Shown here piece after piece: positions 35,675 to 46,061 of a stretch of DNA of 64,000 bases. How positions within the stretch are numbered: position 1 is the stretch's first letter; the number at the start of each line of letters is the position of its first letter. The stretch is from contig JAUXRG010000064.1 of assembly GCA_030681795.1 (NCBI GenBank), positions 80,483 through 144,482 on the forward strand. Direction: 5' to 3'. The position numbers and the translations under genes were made by a program. This stretch comes from Rubrivivax sp. (lineage in GTDB: Bacteria; Pseudomonadota; Gammaproteobacteria; Burkholderiales; Burkholderiaceae_C). Below the pieces are notes generated by a model. That model saw nothing but the letters and a program-made list of their open reading frames with translations, had not been told where the DNA came from and made no database searches.

Positions 35675-36676
35675 ATGAACATGCCAGGGCTCCAACCCGG
35701 AACGCTGACCGACGTCGCCGGCCTGCTTGTGGGCCACGCCGCCGTGGCTGGCCGGCCCACCGGCTGCACCGTCGTGCTGTGCCCGCAGGGCGTGGTCTGC
35801 GGCGTGGCCGTGCGCGGCGGTGCGCCGGGCACGCGCGAGACCGACTTGTTGCGCCCCGAGAACACCGTCGAGCGGGTGCACGCCGTGCTGCTCACCGGCG
35901 GCAGCGCCTTCGGGCTAGACGCCGCCGGCGGCGTGATGCGCTGGCTGGATGAGCGCGGGCATGGCTTGGCGGTGGGCGCCGCGCGCGTGCCCATCGTCCC
36001 CGCCGCCGTGCTCTTCGACTTGTGGGTGGGTGACGCGCGCCTACGGCCCGACGCCCACACCGGCTACGCGGCCTGCGAAGCCGCCACGGCCGGGCCCGTC
36101 GCGCAAGGCAACGCCGGTGCCGGGTTGGGCGCCACGGTGGGCAAGCTCTTCGGCTTCGAACGCGCCATGAAGGGCGGCATCGGCAGTGCCTCGTTGCGCC
36201 TGGGCGATCTCACCGTGGCCGCGCTGGTGGCCGTCAACGCGGTGGGCGACGTGCTCGACGAGACCGGCCAGCCCATCGCCGGCGCGCGCAGCGAGGACGG
36301 CCACAGCCTGGTGGGGGCCACCGCCGCCTTGCTGGCCGGTGCCGGAGCGGCGCACCTGCTCGCCGGTACGGCCACCACCATCGGCGTGGTGGCCACCGAC
36401 GCGGTGCTCACCAAGGCGCAGGCGACGCAGCTCGCCCACCTCGCCCACCACGGCCTGGCACGCGCGGTGGACCCGATCACCGTCAACGATGGCGACACCT
36501 TCTTCGCCTTGGCCACCGGCGGCAGCGGCCGCAGTGGTGACCTCGTTGCGCTGGGCGCTCTGGCCGCCGAGGCCGTCTCGCGTGCCATCCGCAATGCCGT
36601 GCGCGCCGCCCGGGCGCTCGCCGATCCGCCCTTGCCGGCGGCGCTCGACCTGGCAGCCCTGCGGCACGGGCGATAG
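35675..36676 (+). CDS. P1-family (DmpA / peptidase S58-like) aminopeptidase
   Basis: 333 aa with ..GLLVGH..TGCTVVL.., ..VHAVLLTGGSAFGLDAAGGVM.. and ..GNAGAGLGATVGK.., typical of the DmpA/BapA Ntn-hydrolase family. Confidence 0.8.
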   Translation: MNMPGLQPGTLTDVAGLLVGHAAVAGRPTGCTVVLCPQGVVCGVAVRGGAPGTRETDLLRPENTVERVHAVLLTGGSAFGLDAAGGVMRWLDERGHGLAVGAARVPIVPAAVLFDLWVGDARLRPDAHTGYAACEAATAGPVAQGNAGAGLGATVGKLFGFERAMKGGIGSASLRLGDLTVAALVAVNAVGDVLDETGQPIAGARSEDGHSLVGATAALLAGAGAAHLLAGTATTIGVVATDAVLTKAQATQLAHLAHHGLARAVDPITVNDGDTFFALATGGSGRSGDLVALGALAAEAVSRAIRNAVRAARALADPPLPAALDLAALRHGR

Positions 36677-36681
36677 CCGCC

Positions 36682-37386
36682 ATGCGCCTGTCGCAGATCC
36701 TCTTTTCGCAAGGCTTTGGCAGCCGCCGCGAATGCGCGGCGCTGATCGGACACGGTGAAGTGCAGTGGGCCGGGCGCACTGCGGACGATCCCGATGAAGA
36801 GGTGGCCACCGACGGCCTGGTGTTCAACGTGCAGGGAAGGGCCTGGGTCTACCAGGCCCATGCCCTGATCCTCATGCACAAGCCGGCGGGCTACGAGTGC
36901 TCACAGAAACCGCGCCACCACCCCAGCGTGATGAGCCTGCTGCCGCCCCCGCTGCGCCGGCGCGGCGTGCAGCCGGTGGGCCGGCTCGACGAAGACACCA
37001 CCGGCCTCTTGCTGTTCACCGACGACGGCGCCCTGATCCACCGCCTGACCTCGCCCAAGCACCATGTCCCCAAGGTCTACGAGATCGAGGTCAAGCACCC
37101 CTTGGACGACGACCAGATCGCCCGGCTGCTTGGCGGCGTGGTGCTGGACGACGACCCGACCCCCGTGCGCGCCGCTGCCGTGCAACGCAGGACCTCGTTC
37201 ACCCTGAGCCTGACGCTGACCGAGGGCAAGTACCACCAGGTCAAGCGCATGCTGGCGGCGGTGGGCAACCGCGTGGAGAAACTGCACCGCAGCACGTTCG
37301 GCGCACTGACCCTGCCGCCGGACTTGGCGCCGGGTGGCTGGTGCTGGGTTTCGGCGGACGAGGCCCGGGCGCTGGGCGGCGCATGA
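36682..37386 (+). CDS. rsuA: rRNA pseudouridine synthase, RsuA family
   Basis: 234 aa with an S4 domain (MRLSQILFSQGFGSRRE..) and the catalytic ..GRLDEDTTGLLLFTDDG... The assignment to RsuA rather than a close paralogue is tentative. Confidence 0.8.
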   Translation: MRLSQILFSQGFGSRRECAALIGHGEVQWAGRTADDPDEEVATDGLVFNVQGRAWVYQAHALILMHKPAGYECSQKPRHHPSVMSLLPPPLRRRGVQPVGRLDEDTTGLLLFTDDGALIHRLTSPKHHVPKVYEIEVKHPLDDDQIARLLGGVVLDDDPTPVRAAAVQRRTSFTLSLTLTEGKYHQVKRMLAAVGNRVEKLHRSTFGALTLPPDLAPGGWCWVSADEARALGGA

Positions 37387-38663
37387 AGCGCATTGCCATC
37401 GTCATCCCACGCTATGGCGAGGCCATCAACGGCGGCGCCGAGGCCCACGCGCGTCTGCTGGCCGAGCATCTGGCCGAAGAATTCGAGGTCGAAGTCCTGA
37501 CCAGCTGCGCGCGCGACTACACCGATTGGGCCATGCGCTTTCCGCCCGGGCCCTGCCGGGTGGGCGGGATTCGCGTGTGGCGCTTCCCGCACCCGCCGCG
37601 CAACGACCTGGGCCGTGCCCGCGTGCCGCTCAGGCACAAACTGCGCTTCAAACTGCGCCACCTGCTGAGGTGGCTGCCCGGTCCCCGGGTGGCGCGGCCG
37701 CGCGGCGAGCCGGCGTATGACGGCCTGACCTTCCTGCGCCGGCAGGGGCCGCATTGCGTCGATCTGTTCGAGCATTTGCGCGGCGCTGCCCCGCACTATG
37801 ACGCGGTGATCTTTTTCGCCGCCCTGTATGAACTGACGGCGCTGGGCATCCAGCACTGGGGCCGGCGCAGCATCCTGGTGCCGCTGCTCCACGACGAGAA
37901 GCCGATATACCTGCCGGTGTTCCACCAGGTGATGCGCAGTGCGGGCGCCATCCTCTTCAACACCGACGCCGAACGCCGCCTGGCCGCGCGCCTGTACGGG
38001 CTGGACACCTCCAAAGCCGGGGTGGCAGGCCTGGGCATCAGCACCCGCCGACCCGGCGCAGGCGTCGTGCAAGCGGTGCTCGGGCGCTTCGGGCTCGCTC
38101 CGGGGTACATGATCTACGTCGGCCGCATCGAAGTCGCCAAGGGCTGCCGCGAGCTCGTCGAGGCCTTTCTGGAGCTCGCCCGCACCGACCCGAAGGCGCG
38201 CCTGGTGATGGTCGGCCAGGGTGTCATGCAGGTCCCCAGCCACCCGCAAATCGTGGTCACCGGTTATCTCGCCGAGAGCGACCGCGACGCGCTGGTCGCT
38301 GCGGCCGGCGCGCTGGTCATACCGTCGCGCTACGAGAGCTTGTCGATGGTGCTGCTCGAGGCCCTGTCGTTGCACACGCCGGTCATCGCCAACGGCCATT
38401 GCGAGGTGCTGGCCGACCATGTTCGCCTCAGCGGGGCGGGCGTGGTGTACCGCCGCAGGCGCGGCTTGGTGGCGGCGATGAGATCGATGATGAGCCTGCC
38501 GGCCCCCGAGCGCGAACGCATGGGCGCGCTCGGGGCGGCCTACGTCGAGCGACAGTACAGCTGGCCCAGGGTGATGGGGATCTTCGCTGCGGCCATAGCG
38601 CAGGTCAGCGCCTTGCCCCCCGACCCCGTCGACGCTCAGGCCTGGCCCAGCACCACCAGCTGA
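37383..38663 (+). CDS. Glycosyltransferase family 4 (GT-B fold)
   Basis: ATG at 37383 overlaps the rsuA stop (ATGA). MKRIAIVIPRYGEAINGGAEAH.. at the N-terminus, and an EX7E motif (..PSRYESLSMVLLEAL..). 426 aa. Confidence 0.85.
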   Translation: MKRIAIVIPRYGEAINGGAEAHARLLAEHLAEEFEVEVLTSCARDYTDWAMRFPPGPCRVGGIRVWRFPHPPRNDLGRARVPLRHKLRFKLRHLLRWLPGPRVARPRGEPAYDGLTFLRRQGPHCVDLFEHLRGAAPHYDAVIFFAALYELTALGIQHWGRRSILVPLLHDEKPIYLPVFHQVMRSAGAILFNTDAERRLAARLYGLDTSKAGVAGLGISTRRPGAGVVQAVLGRFGLAPGYMIYVGRIEVAKGCRELVEAFLELARTDPKARLVMVGQGVMQVPSHPQIVVTGYLAESDRDALVAAAGALVIPSRYESLSMVLLEALSLHTPVIANGHCEVLADHVRLSGAGVVYRRRRGLVAAMRSMMSLPAPERERMGALGAAYVERQYSWPRVMGIFAAAIAQVSALPPDPVDAQAWPSTTS

Positions 38664-39331
38664 TTCGCCGACAGGTCGAGCTCGCGCGGCAGGTGGTACA
38701 TCTTGCGCAGCAGGCGTTCGAACACCTTGCGCAGGCTCCACCAGAACAAGGCGCCCAGCGCCCTCGAACGCGGCAGCGCCTGCCAGGGCAGGCCCTCGCC
38801 GCTGTGCAGCAACTGCAGCCCGCAGGCCGCGCTCAGCTGCTTGAACTTGCCCACGCCCAGGGCTTGTCGGTGGGTGAGGTCACCCTGCTGCATGGACAGG
38901 CCGAACGGCGATTCACCATTCGGAAAGCGAAGCAACATGCGGCCGCCGGGCTTCAAGCGGCTCGCCAGCTGGCGCAGGAATTCAGGCATCCGTTCGGCTT
39001 CGATGTGCTCCATCACGTCGAAGGCGGCGATCAGATCGAAGCGGCGCGTGGCCTCGAGCTCGTCGACCGACGCTGCGGCCTCGTAGCCCTGGGCGTAGGC
39101 GATCTCGCGCAGGCGCGGGTTGGTCTCGACACCCACGACGCCATGTCCGCTGTCGCGGCACCAGCCGAGGAAGCGCCCGTTGCCGAAGCCCAGTTCCAGC
39201 ACCTGCAGCGCCTGCGCCGACGAGGGCAGGGCCCTTCCCACGTGCCAGCGGAAGTAGCGATCGTCGTGGACCGTGTGGCGCCCGAACTCCGCGGCGCTCC
39301 AGCCCTTCCATTCCGAGTAGTCGTCCAGCAT
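38636..39331 (-). CDS. Class I SAM-dependent methyltransferase
   Basis: ATG at 39331 (MLDDYSEWKGW..) within track ORF 38636..39406. SAM motif I ..VLELGFGNGRF... 231 aa. The 3' end overlaps the convergent glycosyltransferase by 28 nt. Confidence 0.8.
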   Translation of the reverse strand: MLDDYSEWKGWSAAEFGRHTVHDDRYFRWHVGRALPSSAQALQVLELGFGNGRFLGWCRDSGHGVVGVETNPRLREIAYAQGYEAAASVDELEATRRFDLIAAFDVMEHIEAERMPEFLRQLASRLKPGGRMLLRFPNGESPFGLSMQQGDLTHRQALGVGKFKQLSAACGLQLLHSGEGLPWQALPRSRALGALFWWSLRKVFERLLRKMYHLPRELDLSANQLVVLGQA

Positions 39332-39396
39332 GCGCGGCGTGGCCCCGAGGCGTGAGCGGCGGATTGTGCCAGCCGTGCTGGCTAAACTCCCTGCCG

Positions 39397-40470
39397 ATGA
39401 ACGCAAGCCGCATCGGCATCAGCCTGGGCAATATCGGGGCCTTGCACGACGGCCTGGGCGAGTTCTCGCTGCAGATCGGGCAGCGCGTGGCGGCCGCGGC
39501 GCCCGCCTGGCGCGAGCGCTACGGCATCGAGTTCGCCTTCCACTTGCGCGACAAGCTGCGCGGCCTGTTCGGCAGCGACGTGGCTTACCTGCCCGTGCAC
39601 CGCTGGCAACGCGTGCGCCATGTGCAGCCGCTGCCCTACGCCCTGTGGCACTCGCTGCACCAGCTCAACAAGAACCTGCCCCCGCTGGGCTGCGGTCCGC
39701 GTGTGGTGACGGTGCACGACCTCAACTACCTCTACGGCCGCAACGCCTTCTCCGCCTGGCGCCACCAGCGCCGCACGCAGGCGCTGTTGCGGCGCACCGA
39801 TGTCGTGGTGGCGATCAGCCACCACACCGCCGGCGACGTCGAGAAACACCTGGGCTGGGCCGGACCGCTGGAAGTCATTCACAACGGTGCACGCAGCTTC
39901 GTGGACTCGCCTCGCGACCCCTTGCCGGGCTGGACGGCCGACGACGCGCGGCCGTTCCTCTTCCACCTGAGCCGCATGTCGCCGTCGAAGAACCCGCGCT
40001 CGCTGATCGGCCTGGCCCAGGCCTGGCCCGCGATGACGTTCGTCCTCTGCGGCCCGCCCAGCGACGACGCGAAGCAGCTGTGCCAGCAGGTGCGCCTGCC
40101 CAACGTGCAGTTCCACCTGGGCATCAGCGACGCGCAAAAGGCCTGGGCCTACGCGAAGTGCAGCGGCTTCCTGTTCCCCTCGCTCACCGAGGGCTTCGGC
40201 CTGCCGCCCATCGAGGCCATGCATTTCGGCAAGCCGACCTTCCTGGCGCGGCGCACCTGCCTGCCCGAGATCGGTGGCGACGCGGCGGAGTACTTCGACG
40301 ACTTCGAGCCGCTGTCCATGAAGGCCGTGGTCGAACGCGGGCTGGCCCGGCAGAGCCAGCCGGGGCGCACCGAGGCCATCCGCTGGCATGCGGCGCAATT
40401 CGACTGGGACCGCGCTGCCGCCGCCTACCTGAGTCTGTACCGCCGGCTGCTCGGCCTGCCGCCGGGATAA
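39397..40470 (+). CDS. Glycosyltransferase family 4 (GT-B fold)
   Basis: ATG at 39397 (MNASRIGISLGNIG..) within track ORF 39352..40470. EX7E motif ..PSLTEGFGLPPIEAM... 357 aa. Confidence 0.85.
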   Translation: MNASRIGISLGNIGALHDGLGEFSLQIGQRVAAAAPAWRERYGIEFAFHLRDKLRGLFGSDVAYLPVHRWQRVRHVQPLPYALWHSLHQLNKNLPPLGCGPRVVTVHDLNYLYGRNAFSAWRHQRRTQALLRRTDVVVAISHHTAGDVEKHLGWAGPLEVIHNGARSFVDSPRDPLPGWTADDARPFLFHLSRMSPSKNPRSLIGLAQAWPAMTFVLCGPPSDDAKQLCQQVRLPNVQFHLGISDAQKAWAYAKCSGFLFPSLTEGFGLPPIEAMHFGKPTFLARRTCLPEIGGDAAEYFDDFEPLSMKAVVERGLARQSQPGRTEAIRWHAAQFDWDRAAAAYLSLYRRLLGLPPG

Positions 40471-40479
40471 TCGCGCGCC

Positions 40480-41493
40480 ATGCGGGTTCATCGTGGGTTT
40501 CATGCCGAGGTCTTGCCGGGCCGCGCGATCGCCGGCCCGGACGGCGTGCCCGGCTGCGCCCTCACCATCGGCAACTTCGACGGCGTGCACCGCGGCCACC
40601 AGGCCATGCTGGCCCTCCTCATCAACGAAGCCCGCCACCGCGGCCTGCCTTCGTGCGTGCTGACCTTCGAGCCGCACCCGCGCGACCACTTCGCGCGCAA
40701 GGCGGGCAAGCCCGAGCTCGCGCCGCCGCGCATCGCCAATCTGCGCGACAAGCTCGGCGAGCTGGAACGTTGCGGCATCGATCACGTCGTGGTGGCCCGC
40801 TTCAACGACGCCTTCGCCAGCATGTCGCCGCAGGCCTTCATCACCGATGTGCTGCGGCAGCGGCTGCACGCGCGCTATGTGCTCGTCGGCGACGACTTCA
40901 GCTTCGGCGCCAAGCGCGCGGGCAACTACGCCATGCTTGACGAGGCCGGGGGCTCTTCCGACAAAGGCGAAGGCTTCGACGTGGCGCGCATGATGAGCTA
41001 CGAGGTGCACGGGCTGCGTGTCTCGAGCTCCGAAGTGCGCGAAGCACTCGCCACAGGCGACATGCGCCGCACCGAGACCTTGCTGGGCCGGCCCTACAGC
41101 ATCAGCGGCCACGTCATCCACGGCCGCGAGCTCGGGCGCGAGCTGGGGTTTCGCACCCTCAACCTGCGCTTCGCCCATGCGCGCTCGGCCGCCGCGGGGA
41201 TCTTCGTCGTGCAGGTGCATGGCCTGGCGAACGCGCCCGTGCCCGGCGTGGCCAGCCTGGGCGTGCGGCCCACGGTGGAAGACGCCGGCCGCGTGCTGCT
41301 GGAAGTGCATTGCCTGGACTGGCCGGCCGAGCTCGGCCTCGACGGTGGTTACGGGCGCTGCGTGCGCGTGGAGCTGCTGCACAAGCTGCACGACGAGCGC
41401 AAGTACGAATCGCTGCAAGCGCTGCGCGAGGGCATCGCGCACGATGCGGCCCAGGCGCGGCAATGGTGGATCGTCCGCCGCGCGGGTCGCTAA
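40480..41493 (+). CDS. ribF: Bifunctional riboflavin kinase / FMN adenylyltransferase
   Basis: 337 aa with ..GNFDGVHRGHQAML.. in the nucleotidyltransferase domain and a C-terminal riboflavin kinase domain (..ISGHVIHGRELGRELGFRTLNL..). Confidence 0.92.
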   Translation: MRVHRGFHAEVLPGRAIAGPDGVPGCALTIGNFDGVHRGHQAMLALLINEARHRGLPSCVLTFEPHPRDHFARKAGKPELAPPRIANLRDKLGELERCGIDHVVVARFNDAFASMSPQAFITDVLRQRLHARYVLVGDDFSFGAKRAGNYAMLDEAGGSSDKGEGFDVARMMSYEVHGLRVSSSEVREALATGDMRRTETLLGRPYSISGHVIHGRELGRELGFRTLNLRFAHARSAAAGIFVVQVHGLANAPVPGVASLGVRPTVEDAGRVLLEVHCLDWPAELGLDGGYGRCVRVELLHKLHDERKYESLQALREGIAHDAAQARQWWIVRRAGR

Positions 41494-41736
41494 AATCACC
41501 GCCATGCACCCGAGCAGGCCACGGTCCAGACAGCGTTCGATCCCCGCGCGTTGGCACGCTGCCACGCGCCGGCAGGCGACGCGCGACCGAATTATTCGTT
41601 CGGCCGCCTGAAGCGGGGCCGAGGCGCGCCGCGACGGTCGGCGCGCTCCCCCTGGAGGCAAATTCCAGGGCCCCCGTCAAACCCACACCCCGCGGGCCCT
41701 GAAGCCGACCCGCCCCCTGCCGGAACTCCCCAAGCC

Positions 41737-44577
41737 ATGAGCACCACGCCCGACTACCGCAGCACCCTGAACCTGCCCGACACGCCCTTCCCGATGCGCG
41801 GCGACCTGCCCAAGCGCGAACCGGGCTGGGTCGAGGCGTGGAACGACACCCGCCATGAAGGCGGCCTGTACCAGCGCCTGCGCGCGGCACGCCGCGGCGC
41901 GCCGCTGTTCGTGCTGCACGACGGCCCCCCTTACGCCAACGGCGTGCTGCACATCGGGCACGCGGTCAACAACATCCTGAAGGACATGGTGGTCAAGTCC
42001 AAGCAGCTGGCCGGCTTCGACGCACGCTTCGTGCCGGGCTGGGACTGCCACGGCCTGCCCATCGAGAATGCGGTGGAGAAGGCGCACGGCCGCCACCTGA
42101 GCCGCGACGAGATGCAGGCGCGCAGCCGCGCCTACGCCACCGGGCAGATCGCGCAGCAGATGGGCGACCGCCAGCGCCTGGGCGTGATCGGCCAGTGGGA
42201 CCACCCCTACCGCACGATGGATTTCGCCAACGAGGCGGGCGAAATCCGCGCCTTCAAACGCGTCGTCGAGCGCGGCTTCGTCTACCGGGGCCTGAAGCCG
42301 GTGTACTGGTGCTTCGACTGCGGCTCGTCGCTGGCCGAGTTCGAGATCGAATACGCCGACAAGAAGAGCCGGACGCTGGATGTCGGTTTCCTGTGCGCCG
42401 AGCCCGACAAGCTGGCGGCGGCCTTCGGCCTGCCCGAGATCGTGGGCGAGAGCTTCGCGGTGATCTGGACGACCACCGCCTGGACGATCCCGGCCAACCA
42501 GGCGCTCAACCTCCACCCGGAGCTCGAATACGCCCTCGTCCATACCGAGCGCGGGCAGCTGCTGCTCGCCGCCTCGCTGGTCGACCGGTGCCTGGAGCGC
42601 TACGGCCTGGCGGGCCGCGTCATTGCCACCACGCGGGGCGAGAAGCTGGGCGGCATCACCTTCCGCCACCCGCTGGCGCATGTGGACGCGGGGTTCGACC
42701 GCCTCGCCCCGGTCTACCTCGCCGACTACGCCACCGCCGAAGACGGCACCGGCATCGTGCACTCGTCACCCGCCTATGGCGTGGACGACTTCGTCTCGTG
42801 CACGGCGCACGGCATGAAGGTCGAGGAGATCCTCAACCCGGTGCAGGGCAACGGCCACTATGCGGCGGACTTCCCGCTCTTCGGCGGCCAGGAGATCTGG
42901 GCCGCGGTGCCTCGCATCATCGAGACGCTGCGCGACACCGGGCGGCTGTTCGCCAGCGGCCCGCTCACCCACAGCTACCCGCACTGCTGGCGCCACAAGA
43001 CACCGGTGATCTACCGTGCCGCGGCGCAATGGTTCGTGCGCATGGACGCGGGCGAGGGTGTATTCACCAAAGACAAGGCGCCCGAGACCCTGCGCCAGAT
43101 GGCCCTGGACGCCATCGCCGCCACCGCCTTTTACCCCGAGAACGGCCGGGCCCGGTTGCGCGACATGATCGCCAACCGGCCCGACTGGTGCATCAGCCGG
43201 CAACGCAGCTGGGGCGTGCCGCTGCCGTTTTTCCTGCACAGGGAAACGGGCGAACTGCACCCGCGCACGATGGAGATCCTCGACCAGGCGGCGGCCCTGG
43301 TGGAGCAAGGTGGCGTGGAAGCCTGGAGCCGCGCCACGGCCGAGGACATCCTGGGCAGCGCGGACGCGCCGCACTACAGCAAGAGCAGCGACATCCTGGA
43401 GGTCTGGTTCGACTCGGGCTCGACCTTCTTCCATGTGCTGCGCGGCTCGCACGCCGGCGGCGGCCACGCCAGCGGCCCCGAGGCCGATCTCTACCTCGAA
43501 GGCCACGACCAGCACCGCGGCTGGTTCCATTCCTCGCTGCTGCTGGGTTGCGCGCTCGAGGGCCGCGCGCCCTACCGCGGCCTGCTCACCCACGGCTTCA
43601 CGGTCGACGGCCAGGGCCGCAAGATGAGCAAGTCGCTGGGCAACATCATCGAGATTCGCGAGTTCGCGAAGGACCCCGGCGCGGAAATCGCTCGCCTGTG
43701 GTGCGCCTCGACCGACTACGCCGGCGATCCGCCGATCGACAAGAAGATCCTCGCCCGCGTGGTCGACAGCTACCGCCGCATCCGCAACACGCTGCGCTTC
43801 CTGCTCGCCAACGTGAGCGACTTCGACGCCGCCCAGGACGCCGTGCCCTTGGGCGAGCTGCTCGAGATCGACCGCTGGGCGCTGGCGCACGCGGCGCGGC
43901 TGCAAGGCGAGATCCTCGCCCACTACGAGGCCTTCGAGTTCCACCCGGTGGTGGCCAAGCTGCAGCTCTTCTGCAGCGAGGACCTGGGGGCGTTCTACCT
44001 CGACGTGCTCAAGGACCGCCTCTACACCACCGCGCCCAGGAGCCACGCACGCCGCTCGGCGCAGACCGCGCTGTGGCATATCACGCACGCCATGCTGCGC
44101 TGGATGGCCCCCTTCCTCAGCTTCACCGCCGAAGAGGCCTGGAAGGTATTCACGGGCGGCGACTCGATCTTCACCGAGACCTACTGGACCTTCGAGGCGC
44201 CGGACACCGCACTGCTGGCCAAGTGGGCCCGCCTGCGCGAGCTGCGCGATGCGGTGAACAAGGAGATCGAGGCGTTGCGCAGCGCCGGTGGCGTGGGCTC
44301 GTCGCTGCAGGCGCATGTCCTGCTCACCGCGCCGGCGCAGGACCACGCCTTGCTCGCCGCGCTGGGCGAGGACCTGAAATTCGTGCTCATCACCTCGACC
44401 GTGGAGCTCGCCCTGGGTGAGACGCTGGCCATCGAGGTGCGCGCCAGCACGGCGCAGAAGTGCGAACGCTGCTGGCACTGGCGCGACGACGTCGGGCACG
44501 ACCGCGCCCACCCGGGCCTGTGCGGCCGCTGCACCAGCAACCTGTATGGTGCTGGCGAACTGCGCCAGGTGGCCTGA
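41737..44577 (+). CDS. ileS: Isoleucine--tRNA ligase
   Basis: ATG at 41737 ([29 protein letters not shown]..). HIGH region ..[11 protein letters not shown].., KMSKS, and a C-terminal zinc Cys cluster (..CERCWHW..CGRC..). 946 aa. Confidence 0.95.
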   Translation: MSTTPDYRSTLNLPDTPFPMRGDLPKREPGWVEAWNDTRHEGGLYQRLRAARRGAPLFVLHDGPPYANGVLHIGHAVNNILKDMVVKSKQLAGFDARFVPGWDCHGLPIENAVEKAHGRHLSRDEMQARSRAYATGQIAQQMGDRQRLGVIGQWDHPYRTMDFANEAGEIRAFKRVVERGFVYRGLKPVYWCFDCGSSLAEFEIEYADKKSRTLDVGFLCAEPDKLAAAFGLPEIVGESFAVIWTTTAWTIPANQALNLHPELEYALVHTERGQLLLAASLVDRCLERYGLAGRVIATTRGEKLGGITFRHPLAHVDAGFDRLAPVYLADYATAEDGTGIVHSSPAYGVDDFVSCTAHGMKVEEILNPVQGNGHYAADFPLFGGQEIWAAVPRIIETLRDTGRLFASGPLTHSYPHCWRHKTPVIYRAAAQWFVRMDAGEGVFTKDKAPETLRQMALDAIAATAFYPENGRARLRDMIANRPDWCISRQRSWGVPLPFFLHRETGELHPRTMEILDQAAALVEQGGVEAWSRATAEDILGSADAPHYSKSSDILEVWFDSGSTFFHVLRGSHAGGGHASGPEADLYLEGHDQHRGWFHSSLLLGCALEGRAPYRGLLTHGFTVDGQGRKMSKSLGNIIEIREFAKDPGAEIARLWCASTDYAGDPPIDKKILARVVDSYRRIRNTLRFLLANVSDFDAAQDAVPLGELLEIDRWALAHAARLQGEILAHYEAFEFHPVVAKLQLFCSEDLGAFYLDVLKDRLYTTAPRSHARRSAQTALWHITHAMLRWMAPFLSFTAEEAWKVFTGGDSIFTETYWTFEAPDTALLAKWARLRELRDAVNKEIEALRSAGGVGSSLQAHVLLTAPAQDHALLAALGEDLKFVLITSTVELALGETLAIEVRASTAQKCERCWHWRDDVGHDRAHPGLCGRCTSNLYGAGELRQVA

Positions 44578-44579
44578 GC

Positions 44580-45098
44580 ATGGCTGCGCGTGGCAAGAAC
44601 GGCGCCGTCAGCCCGTGGTTGTGGTTCGGCTTGGCCGCGGCCGTCGTGCTGGCCGACCAGTTCAGCAAGACACTCATCGTCGGCTGGCTGCAATACGGCG
44701 ACGTGCGCCCGGTCACCGATTTCTTCAGCGTGGTGCGCGCCCACAACAAGGGCGCGGCGTTTTCGTTCCTCTCCGACGCCAGCGGCTGGCAACGCTGGTT
44801 CTTCACCGCCATGGGCCTGGGGGCGTCGGGCGCCATCGTCTGGATGATCCGCAGCCACCCGACGCAAAAGCTGTTCTGCTTCGCGGTGGCGCTGATCATG
44901 GGCGGCGCACTGGGCAACGTCGTCGATCGCCTGCTGCATGGCTACGTGGTCGACTTCCTGCAGTTTCGCTTCCGCGTCCTGGAGCCGCTGTTCCAGGGCG
45001 GCTATTTCCCCGCCTTCAACCTGGCCGACAGCGCCATTACGCTGGGCGCGATCTGCCTCGTGATCGACGAGCTGCTGCGGGTTCGCCGCGAGCGCTGA
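44580..45098 (+). CDS. lspA: Lipoprotein signal peptidase (signal peptidase II)
   Basis: ATG at 44580, 2 nt after the ileS stop. 172 aa with ..VLADQFSK.., ..NKGAAFSFL.. and ..[10 protein letters not shown].., and four TM helices. Confidence 0.92.
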   Translation: MAARGKNGAVSPWLWFGLAAAVVLADQFSKTLIVGWLQYGDVRPVTDFFSVVRAHNKGAAFSFLSDASGWQRWFFTAMGLGASGAIVWMIRSHPTQKLFCFAVALIMGGALGNVVDRLLHGYVVDFLQFRFRVLEPLFQGGYFPAFNLADSAITLGAICLVIDELLRVRRER

Positions 45099-45188
45099 GC
45101 GACGGTCCGGGCCCCGCCCCGGCGGCCCCGATTCGGGTTCGGGATTGTCCGAGTAAGAGGCTGCGGCAATGCCGCATAGGCTCGCGCC

Positions 45189-45962
45189 ATGAACGACATC
45201 GCCGAGCCCGCTGCGCCCGACTCCGGCGCAGCCCTGGAACTGCGCACCTTGACGCTGGCCGACCCCCTGCGCTGGCTGGCACTGGGCTGGCGCGATTTCA
45301 TCCGCGCGCCGGGCATCGGGCTGTTCTACGGGGCTTGCTTCGTGGCCATGGGTTGGGCGCTGCTGTTCGTCTTCGAGAGCTCGCCGGCGTATGTGCTGGC
45401 GCTCTCGGGCGGCTTCCTGCTGATGGGGCCGTTCCTGTGCCTGGGCATGTACCGCGTCAGCCAGCGGCTGGAACTCGGCGACAAGCCCGGTTTCCGGGAC
45501 TCCCTGCTGGCCTGGAAGGCGCGCACGGGTCAGCTCGGCATCTTCGGCATCGTGCTGCTGGTGCTCGAGATGCTCTGGGCGCGCACCACGCTGGTGGTGT
45601 TTGCCGTGACCTTCGACGGCATCCCTGACTTCAAGGGCTCGCTGCTGGCGCTGCTCTCGCCCGACAACTTCGTCTTCCTGGCCGTGTGGCTGGCGGTGGG
45701 GGCCATGTTCGCCACGCTGATCTTCGCCGTCAGCGTGGTCTCCATGCCGATGATCCTGCACCGCCGCGCCGATGCCATCAGCGCCGGGCTGACGAGCATG
45801 CGGCTGGTGCTGATGCAGACCGGCGTGATGATCACTTGGGGCGTGATCATCTCGCTGCTCGTGTTCCTGGCCATGCTGCCCGGCTTCGCCGGCCTGCTGG
45901 TGGTGGGGCCGGTGCTGGGGCACGCCTCCTGGCACGCGTATCGCGCTGCGGTCGCTGACTGA
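45189..45962 (+). CDS. DUF2189-like integral membrane protein
   Basis: 257 aa with about 5-6 TM helices and ..LRWLALGWRDFIRAPGIGLFYG... Function unknown. Confidence 0.65.
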   Translation: MNDIAEPAAPDSGAALELRTLTLADPLRWLALGWRDFIRAPGIGLFYGACFVAMGWALLFVFESSPAYVLALSGGFLLMGPFLCLGMYRVSQRLELGDKPGFRDSLLAWKARTGQLGIFGIVLLVLEMLWARTTLVVFAVTFDGIPDFKGSLLALLSPDNFVFLAVWLAVGAMFATLIFAVSVVSMPMILHRRADAISAGLTSMRLVLMQTGVMITWGVIISLLVFLAMLPGFAGLLVVGPVLGHASWHAYRAAVAD

Positions 45963-46061
45963 GAGCTCGAGAACGATTCGATTCGCGGCGTTCACGAGCT
46001 TGTGAGCGGATGGACGCCCAGCCGATGAGCCGCGGCGCACGAAGCCGCCGCCCGGAGGCGC

